A stretch of DNA of 64,000 nucleotides from Syntrophales bacterium (GTDB taxonomy: Bacteria > Desulfobacterota > Syntrophia > Syntrophales > UBA2210), in the NCBI GenBank assembly GCA_963666365.2, contig CAXXNF010000002.1, forward strand, positions 1,824,001 to 1,888,000, given 5' to 3'. Positions 19,911-29,112 of this stretch are shown here, one piece after another (position 1 is the first letter of the stretch; each line of letters opens with the position of its first letter). The notes below the pieces were generated by a model. The model made no database searches. It saw only the letters and a program-made list of their open reading frames with translations, and had not been told where the DNA came from. The translations under genes were made by a program, and so were the position numbers.

Positions 19911-22111
19911 TCGTCGAGCCGTATGCCGCAGTTCGAGTAGAAGAACGGGATGCGGCTCTGCTCTGCGGCGAGCCGGGGCGCCGGCAGCCAGCCGGCCCGG
20001 ACCGGCAAGTCGAAGAGGCGGGCGGTGGCGAACCGGGGCCAGAAGCGGCAGAGGCCGGGCACAATGACTCGCGTAACCACAAGCCCGTGCCCGGGCCGAG
20101 TAAGATCGATGGCCACGACCTCTAGGCCTAGCGCGGCACCGCGGGCCACCAGCAGTTCGATATCGTCTTTTAGGTTGCCGGTTTCCTGGCGCGGGAAATC
20201 GCTCGCTGTCCGTCGGGGCGCGTTAGCGGGGGCGACAAACGGTTTGGCCCAGAGTGGTTCCGGATCGTACTGCAAGCAGAAGTCGTGGAGCCGGAAATGG
20301 GGGGTCCAGTACCAAGACTGGCCCAACTCGGTGACGGCTCGATTCAGGGCGATGCCGGGATCAAGGTCGGCACCGAAACCCATTCGCGGGATCTCGCTTG
20401 GATTCGTGCGGTGGCGCGCCACTGCGACCACCACAGGCACATTAAAATCGTGGGTCAGGTCGAGAGCGTAGAAATCCCAGCCGTGCCGATCAAGATAGGC
20501 GCCCAACGGTTGCATTTGGGGCAGGGAGAAGGAATCGAGATCGAGCGCTGGCCGGGGGATCTGGTTGCACCACCAGATTGTGGCCGCATCCCGCTCAATT
20601 ACCTCGAGAAAACCGTGCAGCAGCGCTTCCTCAAGGCACCCACCCGAGGCTAGGCCGTTGGTGGCGGCATCGGCATAGTTTGTGCCATCCTCAGGAGGAA
20701 TCGAGAAATAGACGAAGGAGCGGGGCACCAGGCGCTTGGCCCGGTGGGTCAGGGACCAAGCTGGCGTCCAGGTTAGCTTCATGTCCGGTGCAAAATTGCC
20801 GGGGCCGAAGACGGGATCGGGCGGGCGGGTCGCGGCCCACTCCAGGTAGTCTGTTTCGTCGCAGCCGTAGATGCGGTGCGGCGGAACGGCTTCCCCGGCA
20901 ACTTCCGCATAACACGCCTGCACTACCGGTTCGTCGCCGCGATAGTAAGCCGAGGTCCGTTCGATCGCCTCGGCCACTGCGCTCAAACGCCCCTGCAGCT
21001 TCGTGAAGCCCTTGCCGTTACCGCCTGTGGGAACGAGGGCGCGCTTACGGTCGAAAAACCCAGCGTCGATAGGTACCGAAAAATGCGCGAGATGCGGGTA
21101 ACCGAATTCCGGCGGTACGCCGGCGAGCGGCGCCACGCGCTGCACAATCCCGGTGTGCGGGCTGATAAGCGGTTCGAGACTCGCCATGGCCTCCGCCGAG
21201 TCCCGGATGCGCAGACCGTTCTCCCGTGAGAGCTGACGGGGACGGGAGGTCAGGGTGAGCGGGGGCCCACTGTCGGGCCGGGCCCGGCGGGGGGCGCAGG
21301 TTTGGCATTGGCTGTCGTTGTCGACGCGATGGCAGCGTAGCGCTGCAGTGGCCAGATCGACGGTTACCAGGTGACCGCTAAATGCCGCGGCGGCCGGGCC
21401 GGTACCGGTTTTGCCTATTTCCGCCGCGAGCAGTTTGAACGTCGCACTGAGCGAGGCCTCCGAGCGTTCGCGGGAAAGGCGGAGCGGCTGGCCCGAAGTG
21501 CTATGGTCCAAGTGCCAGGCTTCAAGGCTGTGATTGCGTCTCAGCCGGGATATCAGACAGCCAAAGCAAGGATCGCCGTCGTGGCCGAAGCGCGGTCCGA
21601 ACCAGGGAACGCGGCCGACCGCCTTTACCGGGAGCCAAGACTGGCCGTGACTCCGGCTTGTGGCAAATTCGGCCAACTGCGGATCAAGGTAGTCGTCAAT
21701 GATGACTATTCTGAGCGGCAAGGGAACTAGGGCGGCCAAGTAGTGTTGCAAAAGCGGGCCAGCGCTGGGTTCCGTTCCTAAATCCACGATTTCCGAGAAC
21801 GCGTTTTTCCGGCTGGGCATTGCGTTGGCCGCGGTTAGCGGCCGCTTCGCGGCCGCGCTGCCGCCGGTCTCGAGGAAACCACCGTCGTGTAGCCGATTCA
21901 ATTCAAAAAAGACCGACGCCAGTTTGAATTCGGGCGTTAGCGCCTCGATAATCTCGTCTTCTTTCCGGGGACGGTCAAGCAGAGCGAGTAAACGCACCGG
22001 TAACGCGCCATACACAATAAACGTGTCGGTTTCACACAAAAGTGCTGCCGAGGTCCCGCTTAGCACGATATGGCTGAAACGAGGACTGAATTGATATACT
22101 GGATTTACCAC
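19895..22111 (-). CDS. TOMM fused cyclodehydratase (RRE/E1-like + YcaO)
   Basis: GP...PCFGC, CQTC; EAIER, TNGLASG...EEA...EVIERD ATP-binding motifs; RIPFF near the C-terminus. Confidence 0.9.
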   Translation of the reverse strand: MVNPVYQFSPRFSHIVLSGTSAALLCETDTFIVYGALPVRLLALLDRPRKEDEIIEALTPEFKLASVFFELNRLHDGGFLETGGSAAAKRPLTAANAMPSRKNAFSEIVDLGTEPSAGPLLQHYLAALVPLPLRIVIIDDYLDPQLAEFATSRSHGQSWLPVKAVGRVPWFGPRFGHDGDPCFGCLISRLRRNHSLEAWHLDHSTSGQPLRLSRERSEASLSATFKLLAAEIGKTGTGPAAAAFSGHLVTVDLATAALRCHRVDNDSQCQTCAPRRARPDSGPPLTLTSRPRQLSRENGLRIRDSAEAMASLEPLISPHTGIVQRVAPLAGVPPEFGYPHLAHFSVPIDAGFFDRKRALVPTGGNGKGFTKLQGRLSAVAEAIERTSAYYRGDEPVVQACYAEVAGEAVPPHRIYGCDETDYLEWAATRPPDPVFGPGNFAPDMKLTWTPAWSLTHRAKRLVPRSFVYFSIPPEDGTNYADAATNGLASGGCLEEALLHGFLEVIERDAATIWWCNQIPRPALDLDSFSLPQMQPLGAYLDRHGWDFYALDLTHDFNVPVVVAVARHRTNPSEIPRMGFGADLDPGIALNRAVTELGQSWYWTPHFRLHDFCLQYDPEPLWAKPFVAPANAPRRTASDFPRQETGNLKDDIELLVARGAALGLEVVAIDLTRPGHGLVVTRVIVPGLCRFWPRFATARLFDLPVRAGWLPAPRLAAEQSRIPFFYSNCGIRLDDWRSR

Positions 22112-22248
22112 AGCTTATTCATATCATTCACTACTGATACCTCCACTATGGAATTTATCTGCTTGCGAAGCAATCTTCTAACAAGTTTAATGTGTTAGCT
22201 CTATATCACCCAGGATATTGCAATTCAAGATTAAACTACATACTTCAG

Positions 22249-22900
22249 GGAATTCCGGGGACACCTTACTTATCTCTTTTTTTAGATCCAGGGCTTTGAT
22301 GCTTAAGTCTTCGGCCCAAAAGGTGTTCCATTGTCCCAATAAAAGAATCAGTTCCTAAGGGCCGACCGGTTCATTCGTGTTTTCTAAATAACGCTATTTC
22401 CTGATCCTGAGCATCAAAGGACAAGAAGTCTTCCCAAGGCTCATTTACTATTTCCAGCAATGGCTTTGTTTTTACAAGGATATCATCTTTGCCTTTCATA
22501 TGTGGACTGGCACTACTCCATTGCCAGTCGCCAGGCTTTTTTTTCACCAAGCCTGCCCGAACAGGATTTACTTCCACATATCTAGTACATGCTAAGAGAT
22601 ACCCCTCATCCATGATAAAAGATGAAAACCTTCCCTGCCATAAGTGCCCACGCCATCCTTCACGAAAATTGATCCATCCTGTGTATCTTCTGTGCGCTTC
22701 ACCAATTGCCTGATTCAAACCTTCCTTTGTTTCAGGTACAACAATCAATCGTTGAAAAATGTGTGCTTCTGCCTGTTTTCTTAGTGTGTTACATGATGCG
22801 GGATTCCCGGCGCTATTGCTCTTGCTATTCGTGCCATGTTTAGAATCAATCAAACTGGCTGGCTTTTGTCAATAATTAAGTAAGGTGTCCCCGGAACTCC
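22249..22900 (-). mobile_element. RAYT-type (Y1 HUH transposase) element with 24-bp terminal inverted repeats
   Basis: GGAATTCCGGGGACACCTTACTTA (22249-22272) and TAAGTAAGGTGTCCCCGGAACTCC (22877-22900), one mismatch. Confidence 0.8.
22280..22837 (-). pseudogene. REP-associated tyrosine transposase pseudogene
   Basis: MARIAR...PHHVTH*; HUH segment deleted; GHLWQGRF, YVEVNPVRAG, W.WSS retained; premature stop at HE*TGRPLG. Confidence 0.8.
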
Positions 22901-22927
22901 CAAATAAACATATCTATTTCACTTTCA

Positions 22928-23009
22928 ACCTAACGTCAAACCTAACGCGCGAGGGAAGGCCAGAGCGAAGCGGCGGCCTTCACTCGTCGCGTTCAGGTTC
23001 TTGTTGGAC
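22928..23009 (-). repeat. attC site
   Basis: ACCTAAC; AACCTAACGCG/CGCGTTCAGGTT stem; GTTGGAC, complementary to GTCCAAC at 26679. Confidence 0.85.
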
Positions 23010-23940
23010 GTCTCCTTGATGGAGCAGTTTCCTGGCTTCTTCGACGAACCCTTGCAGGTTGGGTGCCGCTGGAGGATCGTCGAGCAGTGCCTGAAGCGTC
23101 TTCTTCGCGTCTGCCACTGAGCCCCGGTGATACTACAGAACTCCGAGCGCCAGGCGGAGTTGCTTCCTGTCAGGGAAGTGGGCGATTGACTGGGAAATGA
23201 AACTGACGCATTGGTTTATCATCTCTTCCTCATATGAGGTCTTCTTGGCAAGGCCGAGACGGTACTGGTCCCTGGACCGTCGCAGGTCGCCAGTGAAGTT
23301 GTAGAGAAAGGCTAGTCCGAGGTTGCCGATGGAAGCGGCTCGCGGAGCCAGCAGATCAGCTTTCTCTTCCGCTCTGATTGCTCCCCTAATGTCCCCGGAG
23401 AGAAAGAGATAGATAGCTCGCGAGTTCTCGTGAATGGAGTTCTGGGGATCGAGTTTGGCCGCCTGTGTGACGTTCTTCAGCCACGCGGCGAGCAGATTGG
23501 GCGGGATGTCGTATATCTTTCCCTCAACTAACCACTTCCTGTACTGGTCGCCCGTTGCCATGGTCAGGGCATAAGCCAGATCAAACTGCACCTGCATCTG
23601 GAATCGTCTTACGGGAAGCGAGGTCTTCTTTGGGAACGCAGCCCTAAGATCCACGTGCAGCGGTCCCAGTATCTTTGCAGCTTCATCATGTCGTCGGTCG
23701 ATCAGCAATGCCAACCCAAGGACGTTGCGCACGACGATACCAATATCCTTGGCAACAAGTCGCTGGTCAGCGATTCGTGTTCCCTCACGTACGTGAAGTT
23801 GACGCTCAACAAGCGACATCGCCAACGTTTCGTGGCGTGAACGGTGGATGCGTGCAGGTCGGTGCACACAGGTAATGGAGATGTCAATGGTCTTTTAAAA
23901 ATGAGCCATTTTCGGTCGTGAAAACTGAGCCACTCGCCTC

Positions 23941-24711
23941 TTAACCATGGTCCATTTTTTCCTCCCCTTGCTCAGTGTTTTTCCGAAGTCTGTAACTGTT
24001 GCCCCGGATATTTATTATAATGCTGTGATGGAGCAGGCGATCCAGAAACGCCGTGACGATGACCGGATCGTGAAACAGCTCGGTCCAGTCGGAAAAGGCC
24101 TTGTTGGACGTGATCACAGTGCTGGCCTTCTCATAGCGGTTGGCAATGAATCTGAAAAAAAGGTTGCATTCCTCTCTGTCGATTGGTGTATAGCCGACCT
24201 CGTCAACGATCACCAGTGCCGATTTGTAATAGCTTCTTCCTCTGCCTTTGCGTCCTGCCTCGTGATCTTTTTTCAGTTTCCCGATTAGATCCTCCATCGT
24301 CGTAAAGTAAATGCTCATGCCCGCCTGACAGGCCTTCAATGCGAGAGAGACGGCCAGGTGGGTCTTGCCCACGCCCGGAGGCCCCAAAAAGATGACATTC
24401 CCTTTCTCACGGATAAAGGTCAGATCGAAAAGCGACATGACTTTCTGACGATCCAGCTTGGGTTGAAAGGTAAAGTCGAATTCATCAATGCTCTTGATAA
24501 AGGGGAGCCCCGATATCTTCAGCGCCGTTTCCACCCGTCGCTGTTCCTTGCAGGCGATTTCCTCTTCCAGCAGTTCGTCGAGAAAGGAAAGATAGCTTGC
24601 GCTTTTTTCCTCGGCCGTTTTGGTCGCCTGTACAAGTATGGCGCCCATTCGGGAGAGCCGAAGCCGCGTGAGACTGGACTGTATGCGATCGACAAGCAAT
24701 GTCTCGTTCAT
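23941..24711 (-). CDS. istB: IS21 helper ATPase IstB
   Basis: GPPGVGKTHLA, VDEVGY, TSN, DRLLHH, GNSYR. Confidence 0.95.
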   Translation of the reverse strand: MNETLLVDRIQSSLTRLRLSRMGAILVQATKTAEEKSASYLSFLDELLEEEIACKEQRRVETALKISGLPFIKSIDEFDFTFQPKLDRQKVMSLFDLTFIREKGNVIFLGPPGVGKTHLAVSLALKACQAGMSIYFTTMEDLIGKLKKDHEAGRKGRGRSYYKSALVIVDEVGYTPIDREECNLFFRFIANRYEKASTVITSNKAFSDWTELFHDPVIVTAFLDRLLHHSIIINIRGNSYRLRKNTEQGEEKMDHG

Positions 24712-25967
24712 AGGCCCATCTCCCCGACGAGCGAGTCATACAGCGCTGTGGGACGGATTTCAACGTCCATGGTGGCATAGGACGACTTCAAGGGACTGAT
24801 GGTGCATTTGGCGCGTCCCTTACCGTGTCTGCCCCGGCCATATTTGCGCTTGTTCATCTCCCGGTCTTTTCTGAGCGCCTCGTAGAAGCGGGGATCTTGG
24901 ACCAAGTTCCCCTTGCCTTCCGGAATGTCGTACGTCGCCAACAGGCAATCGTCGTGGAATATCCGCATGCATCTGTCCTTGACCCGTAAAATCAGATGCT
25001 TCCCCACCACGGTATGGGGCACTACATAACTGTTGCCTTCGAAACGGACCAGGCAGTCCTTGCTGACCTTGCGGTACACGCGGTACGACGTATCGAAAGG
25101 GCGGGAAGGCAACGCCTGTAAATGAGGAAGTTCGCGGGCGAAACGGCACGCTACGACTTCATGGGTGGTGCCGTGCACACGCTCGTCTTTCATTGCAATC
25201 CATTGCTGAAGATCTCGATTGGCCGTTGTGAGACACACATATCCGTACCCCCTCCAGAACCCTTCACGGATGAAATGGTAGGGCCGCTCGACTTTTCCCT
25301 TCACCCAGGCGGCATAGGCGGGGGCAACCGCCGGTTTGAACCCATTATGCAGCGCAAAGGCCATCAGCGTGTCGTTGAATCGATCTTTGCCGGCCAGTTT
25401 CCCGATGAACACGTTTCTCATGCGATCGTAAAGTATCTCCGCCGGGATGCCCCCGAAATGTTCGAAGGCGCGAATATGACAATCGAGAAAGGTGGGCAGG
25501 TCGCATCGCTCAATGAATTCGCCATACAGTTTTCTGGAGTATCCCAGAATCATTGAAAACAGATAGAGCTTCTTGACGCTCCCGTCGGCATTGGCAACCT
25601 GGAATTCACCAAAATCCACCTGCGCCTGAAAGCCCGGCTCCGTCTCAAACCGCATATAGGCCACGCGCTGTTGTTCCGCTTTGAGCTGATGCACCTGCCT
25701 TTTCACGATTTCATAACTTCCGGTAAATCCCATTGCACGGAGCCGATCATAGAGCAGGGTGGCCCTGTACTCGCCGTCTTCCTCCAACCATGCCGCAATA
25801 TTGTCCCTATAGGGATCTACGAGACTCTTGCGCTTCGCCTTCTCTCTCGTAACTCCCTGATCCCCTTGATTCTCTATATACTTCTTCACCGTGTTCCTGC
25901 TGATCCCCAGCTTCCGTGAAATGTGCCTCTGGCTCAGTCCTCTTCTCTGTAATAACAATATGTCCAA
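24708..25967 (-). CDS. istA: IS21 transposase IstA
   Basis: N-terminal HTH, RFETEPG.QAQVDF, KGKVER. Confidence 0.95.
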   Translation of the reverse strand: MDILLLQRRGLSQRHISRKLGISRNTVKKYIENQGDQGVTREKAKRKSLVDPYRDNIAAWLEEDGEYRATLLYDRLRAMGFTGSYEIVKRQVHQLKAEQQRVAYMRFETEPGFQAQVDFGEFQVANADGSVKKLYLFSMILGYSRKLYGEFIERCDLPTFLDCHIRAFEHFGGIPAEILYDRMRNVFIGKLAGKDRFNDTLMAFALHNGFKPAVAPAYAAWVKGKVERPYHFIREGFWRGYGYVCLTTANRDLQQWIAMKDERVHGTTHEVVACRFARELPHLQALPSRPFDTSYRVYRKVSKDCLVRFEGNSYVVPHTVVGKHLILRVKDRCMRIFHDDCLLATYDIPEGKGNLVQDPRFYEALRKDREMNKRKYGRGRHGKGRAKCTISPLKSSYATMDVEIRPTALYDSLVGEMGL

Positions 25968-26678
25968 AACGGTCTCCTTTTTTTCAAATCAGCCACCTCG
26001 ATTACTCTGAGATAAATAACCATACTTTACTCATTCATCTCATTAACTCCACCTCTAAGTGGCTCACTTTTAAACGACCATTTTTGGCTCAGTTTATCAC
26101 GACCATGAACAGGAGAGCTTGGAGAACCCTGTTGTCTTCCCATCAGCTGACTCCTGCTGCTCAAATGGCCCCCAAACAGCAACAACGCCACGGGATTCCC
26201 GCAGCATGCGCGTGGCCTCTTCTGCTGAGTCCAGAGAAAGGTTGGGAGGTAGGCGCTTGAGATGGAACCGCACTCCCAGTTCATGGGACTTGATCTCTTG
26301 CCTCAGATGGACAAACAGTCGGTCTATCACGTCCTGTGTGGCTGGTGCTGCATTGGGGGCGAAGAGAATACCAAGCTCGTTCCTCTTGAAACGTGGAACC
26401 GAGCGAATCCGGGACCAGAACCCCGCAGCGATGAAAGGCGCGAGAAGGAACCCAAGCAGATAGAACGCACGACACCACCCGAGTGCCCCGTCGCAGCCCA
26501 AGGAATTCAGCAACAGTACTACGTCGCGGCCGACTGCCCGCACAACACCGTAGTAGAGCGCTTCGGCCGCCAGCAGGAGCACAACCAAGCCGTCAGCGAA
26601 GTGCAGCCTTTTCCGGAGAAACTGCAGGATGTCGATCGCCTTGTCCATGGTTGCGACTGGTTCTCCTTCTTTTCCTCC

Positions 26679-26739
26679 GTCCAACGCCCGGCATCAACGG
26701 CCCGAGGTACGAGGGTCCGCTTGGATGCCGATGTTAGGA
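26679..26739 (-). repeat. attC site
   Basis: GTCCAAC; CGGCATC.A.CGG/CCGCTTGGATGCCG stem; GTTAGGA. Confidence 0.9.
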
Positions 26740-27393
26740 TTTACTTTCCCCTTCAACTGAAAATGCACCTTGTGCGTCTGAGAATCGCGTACATAAATCA
26801 TCGATACGTGAGGTAAAATCCATCGTTCCAGTAGTTTTACGATCAGTCCAGTATTTTGCAGTAAGTGTTTCTGGTTTCAGACTCGGCCCGTGAGTCTCAA
26901 TGATGATGGCACCTTGGTGCATCTCACTAATTCTTTCGTCTCGGAGGTGAACATTGGGCTCATTAGTATAAACCCCGATAATTTGGAAACCGTTACCATT
27001 GGGTGACGGTCTTACATGGTCCGCGATAAACCATGACTCAGATTCAGGGGTCATTAGATGCATTTGAAGCTTAGAAAGCGTCTGCTTGACGCCCATATAG
27101 CAAACAATCATTGGGACACGTTCATTGGTTTCGGGGCTTACATAACTTGATTGGAGTTCGACACGCCATGTTCCCCTAAGATCGGGCCGCTTGACGAACC
27201 AACCGTGAAGAAATGAGTGACGCCATAAGACAAATTCAAAGAGTAATCCGAGCCCGACTAAGCAGCTGACAACAACACTGAAGGGGCGGGCATGAGACCA
27301 AGATATAGGTGTGCCCTGACATAACAGCACAATCAGCCAAATGATCACGGCAATGGCAAGGAAAGCTGTAATATGGAGTCGATCAAGTTTCAT
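26734..27393 (-). CDS. cap15: CBASS 2TM beta-barrel effector, Cap15-like
   Basis: Two N-terminal TM helices, PDLRGTW, KQT, YTNEP, HQG, YWTDRKTTG; ATGA overlap with the CD-NTase stop. Confidence 0.8.
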   Translation of the reverse strand: MKLDRLHITAFLAIAVIIWLIVLLCQGTPISWSHARPFSVVVSCLVGLGLLFEFVLWRHSFLHGWFVKRPDLRGTWRVELQSSYVSPETNERVPMIVCYMGVKQTLSKLQMHLMTPESESWFIADHVRPSPNGNGFQIIGVYTNEPNVHLRDERISEMHQGAIIIETHGPSLKPETLTAKYWTDRKTTGTMDFTSRIDDLCTRFSDAQGAFSVEGESKS

Positions 27394-28316
27394 ATTGGCT
27401 TTACTCCAACATAATCCCACGCCGCATTAATAAAAGCGTGTGCTTGTTCTCGTGTCCATGGTTGCACTACATGGAAGAGGTATTTGATGTCATCAACTTC
27501 ACACCATTTATCGCAATTTGTCACTTCGTTAGTATTCTGCCATAGATATCTTAGCACTGACTGGACGCGGTCTACCCAAGTATACTTATCAAAACACCAA
27601 TTTGGTGCATTCCATACAAGACATTCAAGAAGATAACCAGGAACGGCTTTTGCCTGATCGTTGCCTAAGTCCTCCAATTCAATACGCAATTTCTTCAAGA
27701 TGCGAACCATTCCTTTAAAGCGTTGACTTGTGGAGCTGTTTTTTGAGACACCATTTTCGTAGTGCAACGGAGTAGATGGCCAGTAATCTACTAGACGCTC
27801 AGGATAATTCTCGATTCTGCGTATGCTATTGTCGGGGTAAAGAGCAACTCCTGCACGATAACTACCATTGTCCCAATAATGTCGAAATTCGAAAAGTGGC
27901 ACAACATCAGCTTCAACTCGTGTCTGAGTTGCTTTGATATCAAAGGCCTTGTTACCTCGTTTTACTGCAGCGATGCCAAAGTAATCGACGAGGGCTCCCT
28001 CTAACTCATTTTTGAACTGTGAGAAAGAGTAGCCAGCATCACTGTTTCCAAAATCGGCATGCTTTTTCCCTTCTGGATACTGTGAGAGGAAGTAATCGTA
28101 GAGCATCACACCAACGTCTACGTCGCTGTCTTGACGAACATTAACACGGTTGCGAAACGATCCTTGTGTGAAGACTTGTATTTTTCTATGTTGAAGTTTC
28201 GGGCTTTGACTAACTGCGGCTTTAATAGCTCGAATGACTCGCTCACAGCGTTCCTGCTCAGTCTTACTGGGCGACTGTGCCCAAAAGGTAAAAGTACTCT
28301 CCCAATCACGACTCAA
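27390..28316 (-). CDS. CBASS CD-NTase (cGAS/DncV-like nucleotidyltransferase, CdnE-like)
   Basis: QGSFRNRVNVRQDSDVD, EADVVP, NYPE..H..NG..KN, YLLECLVWN. Confidence 0.9.
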   Translation of the reverse strand: MSRDWESTFTFWAQSPSKTEQERCERVIRAIKAAVSQSPKLQHRKIQVFTQGSFRNRVNVRQDSDVDVGVMLYDYFLSQYPEGKKHADFGNSDAGYSFSQFKNELEGALVDYFGIAAVKRGNKAFDIKATQTRVEADVVPLFEFRHYWDNGSYRAGVALYPDNSIRRIENYPERLVDYWPSTPLHYENGVSKNSSTSQRFKGMVRILKKLRIELEDLGNDQAKAVPGYLLECLVWNAPNWCFDKYTWVDRVQSVLRYLWQNTNEVTNCDKWCEVDDIKYLFHVVQPWTREQAHAFINAAWDYVGVKPI

Positions 28317-28397
28317 TGCAATTCTCCCTATGAATTTATCTACAAATTATGAGGACTGATAATGTTTTCATTTTCTTCACTCTTCGTCTACTAGTAA

Positions 28398-28480
28398 TCC
28401 TAACGCCTGCGCATCACCGGCGGCCTGCCGTAGCCGCTTCGTGGCGAAGGCGGACGTCCGCGTGCATGCGCTTGTTAGGG
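28398..28480 (-). repeat. attC site
   Basis: TCCTAAC; GCGCAT.CAC.CGG/CCGCGTGCATGCGC stem; GTTAGGG. Confidence 0.9.
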
Positions 28481-29035
28481 ATTTAGTGATTCAATTTCTT
28501 CTTGCCAAAAATTTTTTACAGATTCAGCAATCTTCATAAAACTTGTTTCAATTCCATCTTTTGTCTCAATAATCAGTTCTTCAGTAGGGGAAATTGATAT
28601 GCCATTAATTTTTTTAATTTGAGAAATTGGAACGCCATTAATCTTGGAAATTTTAGTAATTGGCACACCATTAACTTTTGAAATTCCCCCTTTTGAAGCT
28701 TGCTTCGCGGACTTCACAATATTCACTGTGCTATTGTGATAATGTTTATAAATGATCGACAAATCGTGACAAATTTGAAGTTCAGGACACAGCCGGTAAA
28801 CCTTTTCAAAAAATATTTTCCAAGTTTCGCATCCTTTTTCTTCTAACGCCTTATTAGTATCGGGATAATTAAAAACCTTATCCGTTAGATGCCATGCTGT
28901 TAATGCGAAATTAATTGCATGATCAACATGCTCGTTGATGTCTTGTCCGACAGATTTGGATAGTCGTCCATACTCTCTATTTAATTTCTTTAAATCTTCA
29001 AAAGGGCTTGAATTTCTAAATAATTTATCGTTCAT
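28475..29035 (-). CDS. Hypothetical cassette protein, possibly HEPN-like, with three 11-aa repeats
   Basis: NFALTAWHLTD...ICHDLSIIYKH; ISKVNGVPITK/ISKINGVPISQ/IKKINGISIS; stop codon lies in the attC core site. Confidence 0.6.
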   Translation of the reverse strand: MNDKLFRNSSPFEDLKKLNREYGRLSKSVGQDINEHVDHAINFALTAWHLTDKVFNYPDTNKALEEKGCETWKIFFEKVYRLCPELQICHDLSIIYKHYHNSTVNIVKSAKQASKGGISKVNGVPITKISKINGVPISQIKKINGISISPTEELIIETKDGIETSFMKIAESVKNFWQEEIESLNP

Positions 29036-29042
29036 AATCCCT

Positions 29043-29110
29043 CCCTAACGTTGTGGATGAGGGGCGCGCCGCGATTTTTTGCCGCGTCCCTCTCTAGCCG
29101 CTTGTTAGAG
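29043..29110 (-). repeat. attC site
   Basis: CCCTAAC; GAGGGGCGCG/CGCGTCCCTC stem; GTTAGAG. Confidence 0.9.
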
Positions 29111-29112
29111 CT

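Larger units (their letters stand above)
23882..26111 (-). mobile_element. IS21-family insertion sequence (2230 bp)
   Basis: TG...CA ends (TGTCAATGGTC / TGTTCATGGTC), repeated subterminal motifs, 5-bp TSD GGAGA at 23877-23881 and 26112-26116. Confidence 0.95.
23010..26648 (-). pseudogene. Membrane-anchored TPR-like cassette gene split by IS21
   Basis: Removing the IS and one GGAGA rejoins ...FSKLS|ITCVHRPAR in frame; additional TAG at 23133. Confidence 0.8.

Noticed and set aside
23133..23135. Amber/pyrrolysine read-through of TAG
   Set aside because: The gene is already IS-disrupted and there are no pyl genes in the window; a nonsense mutation is simpler
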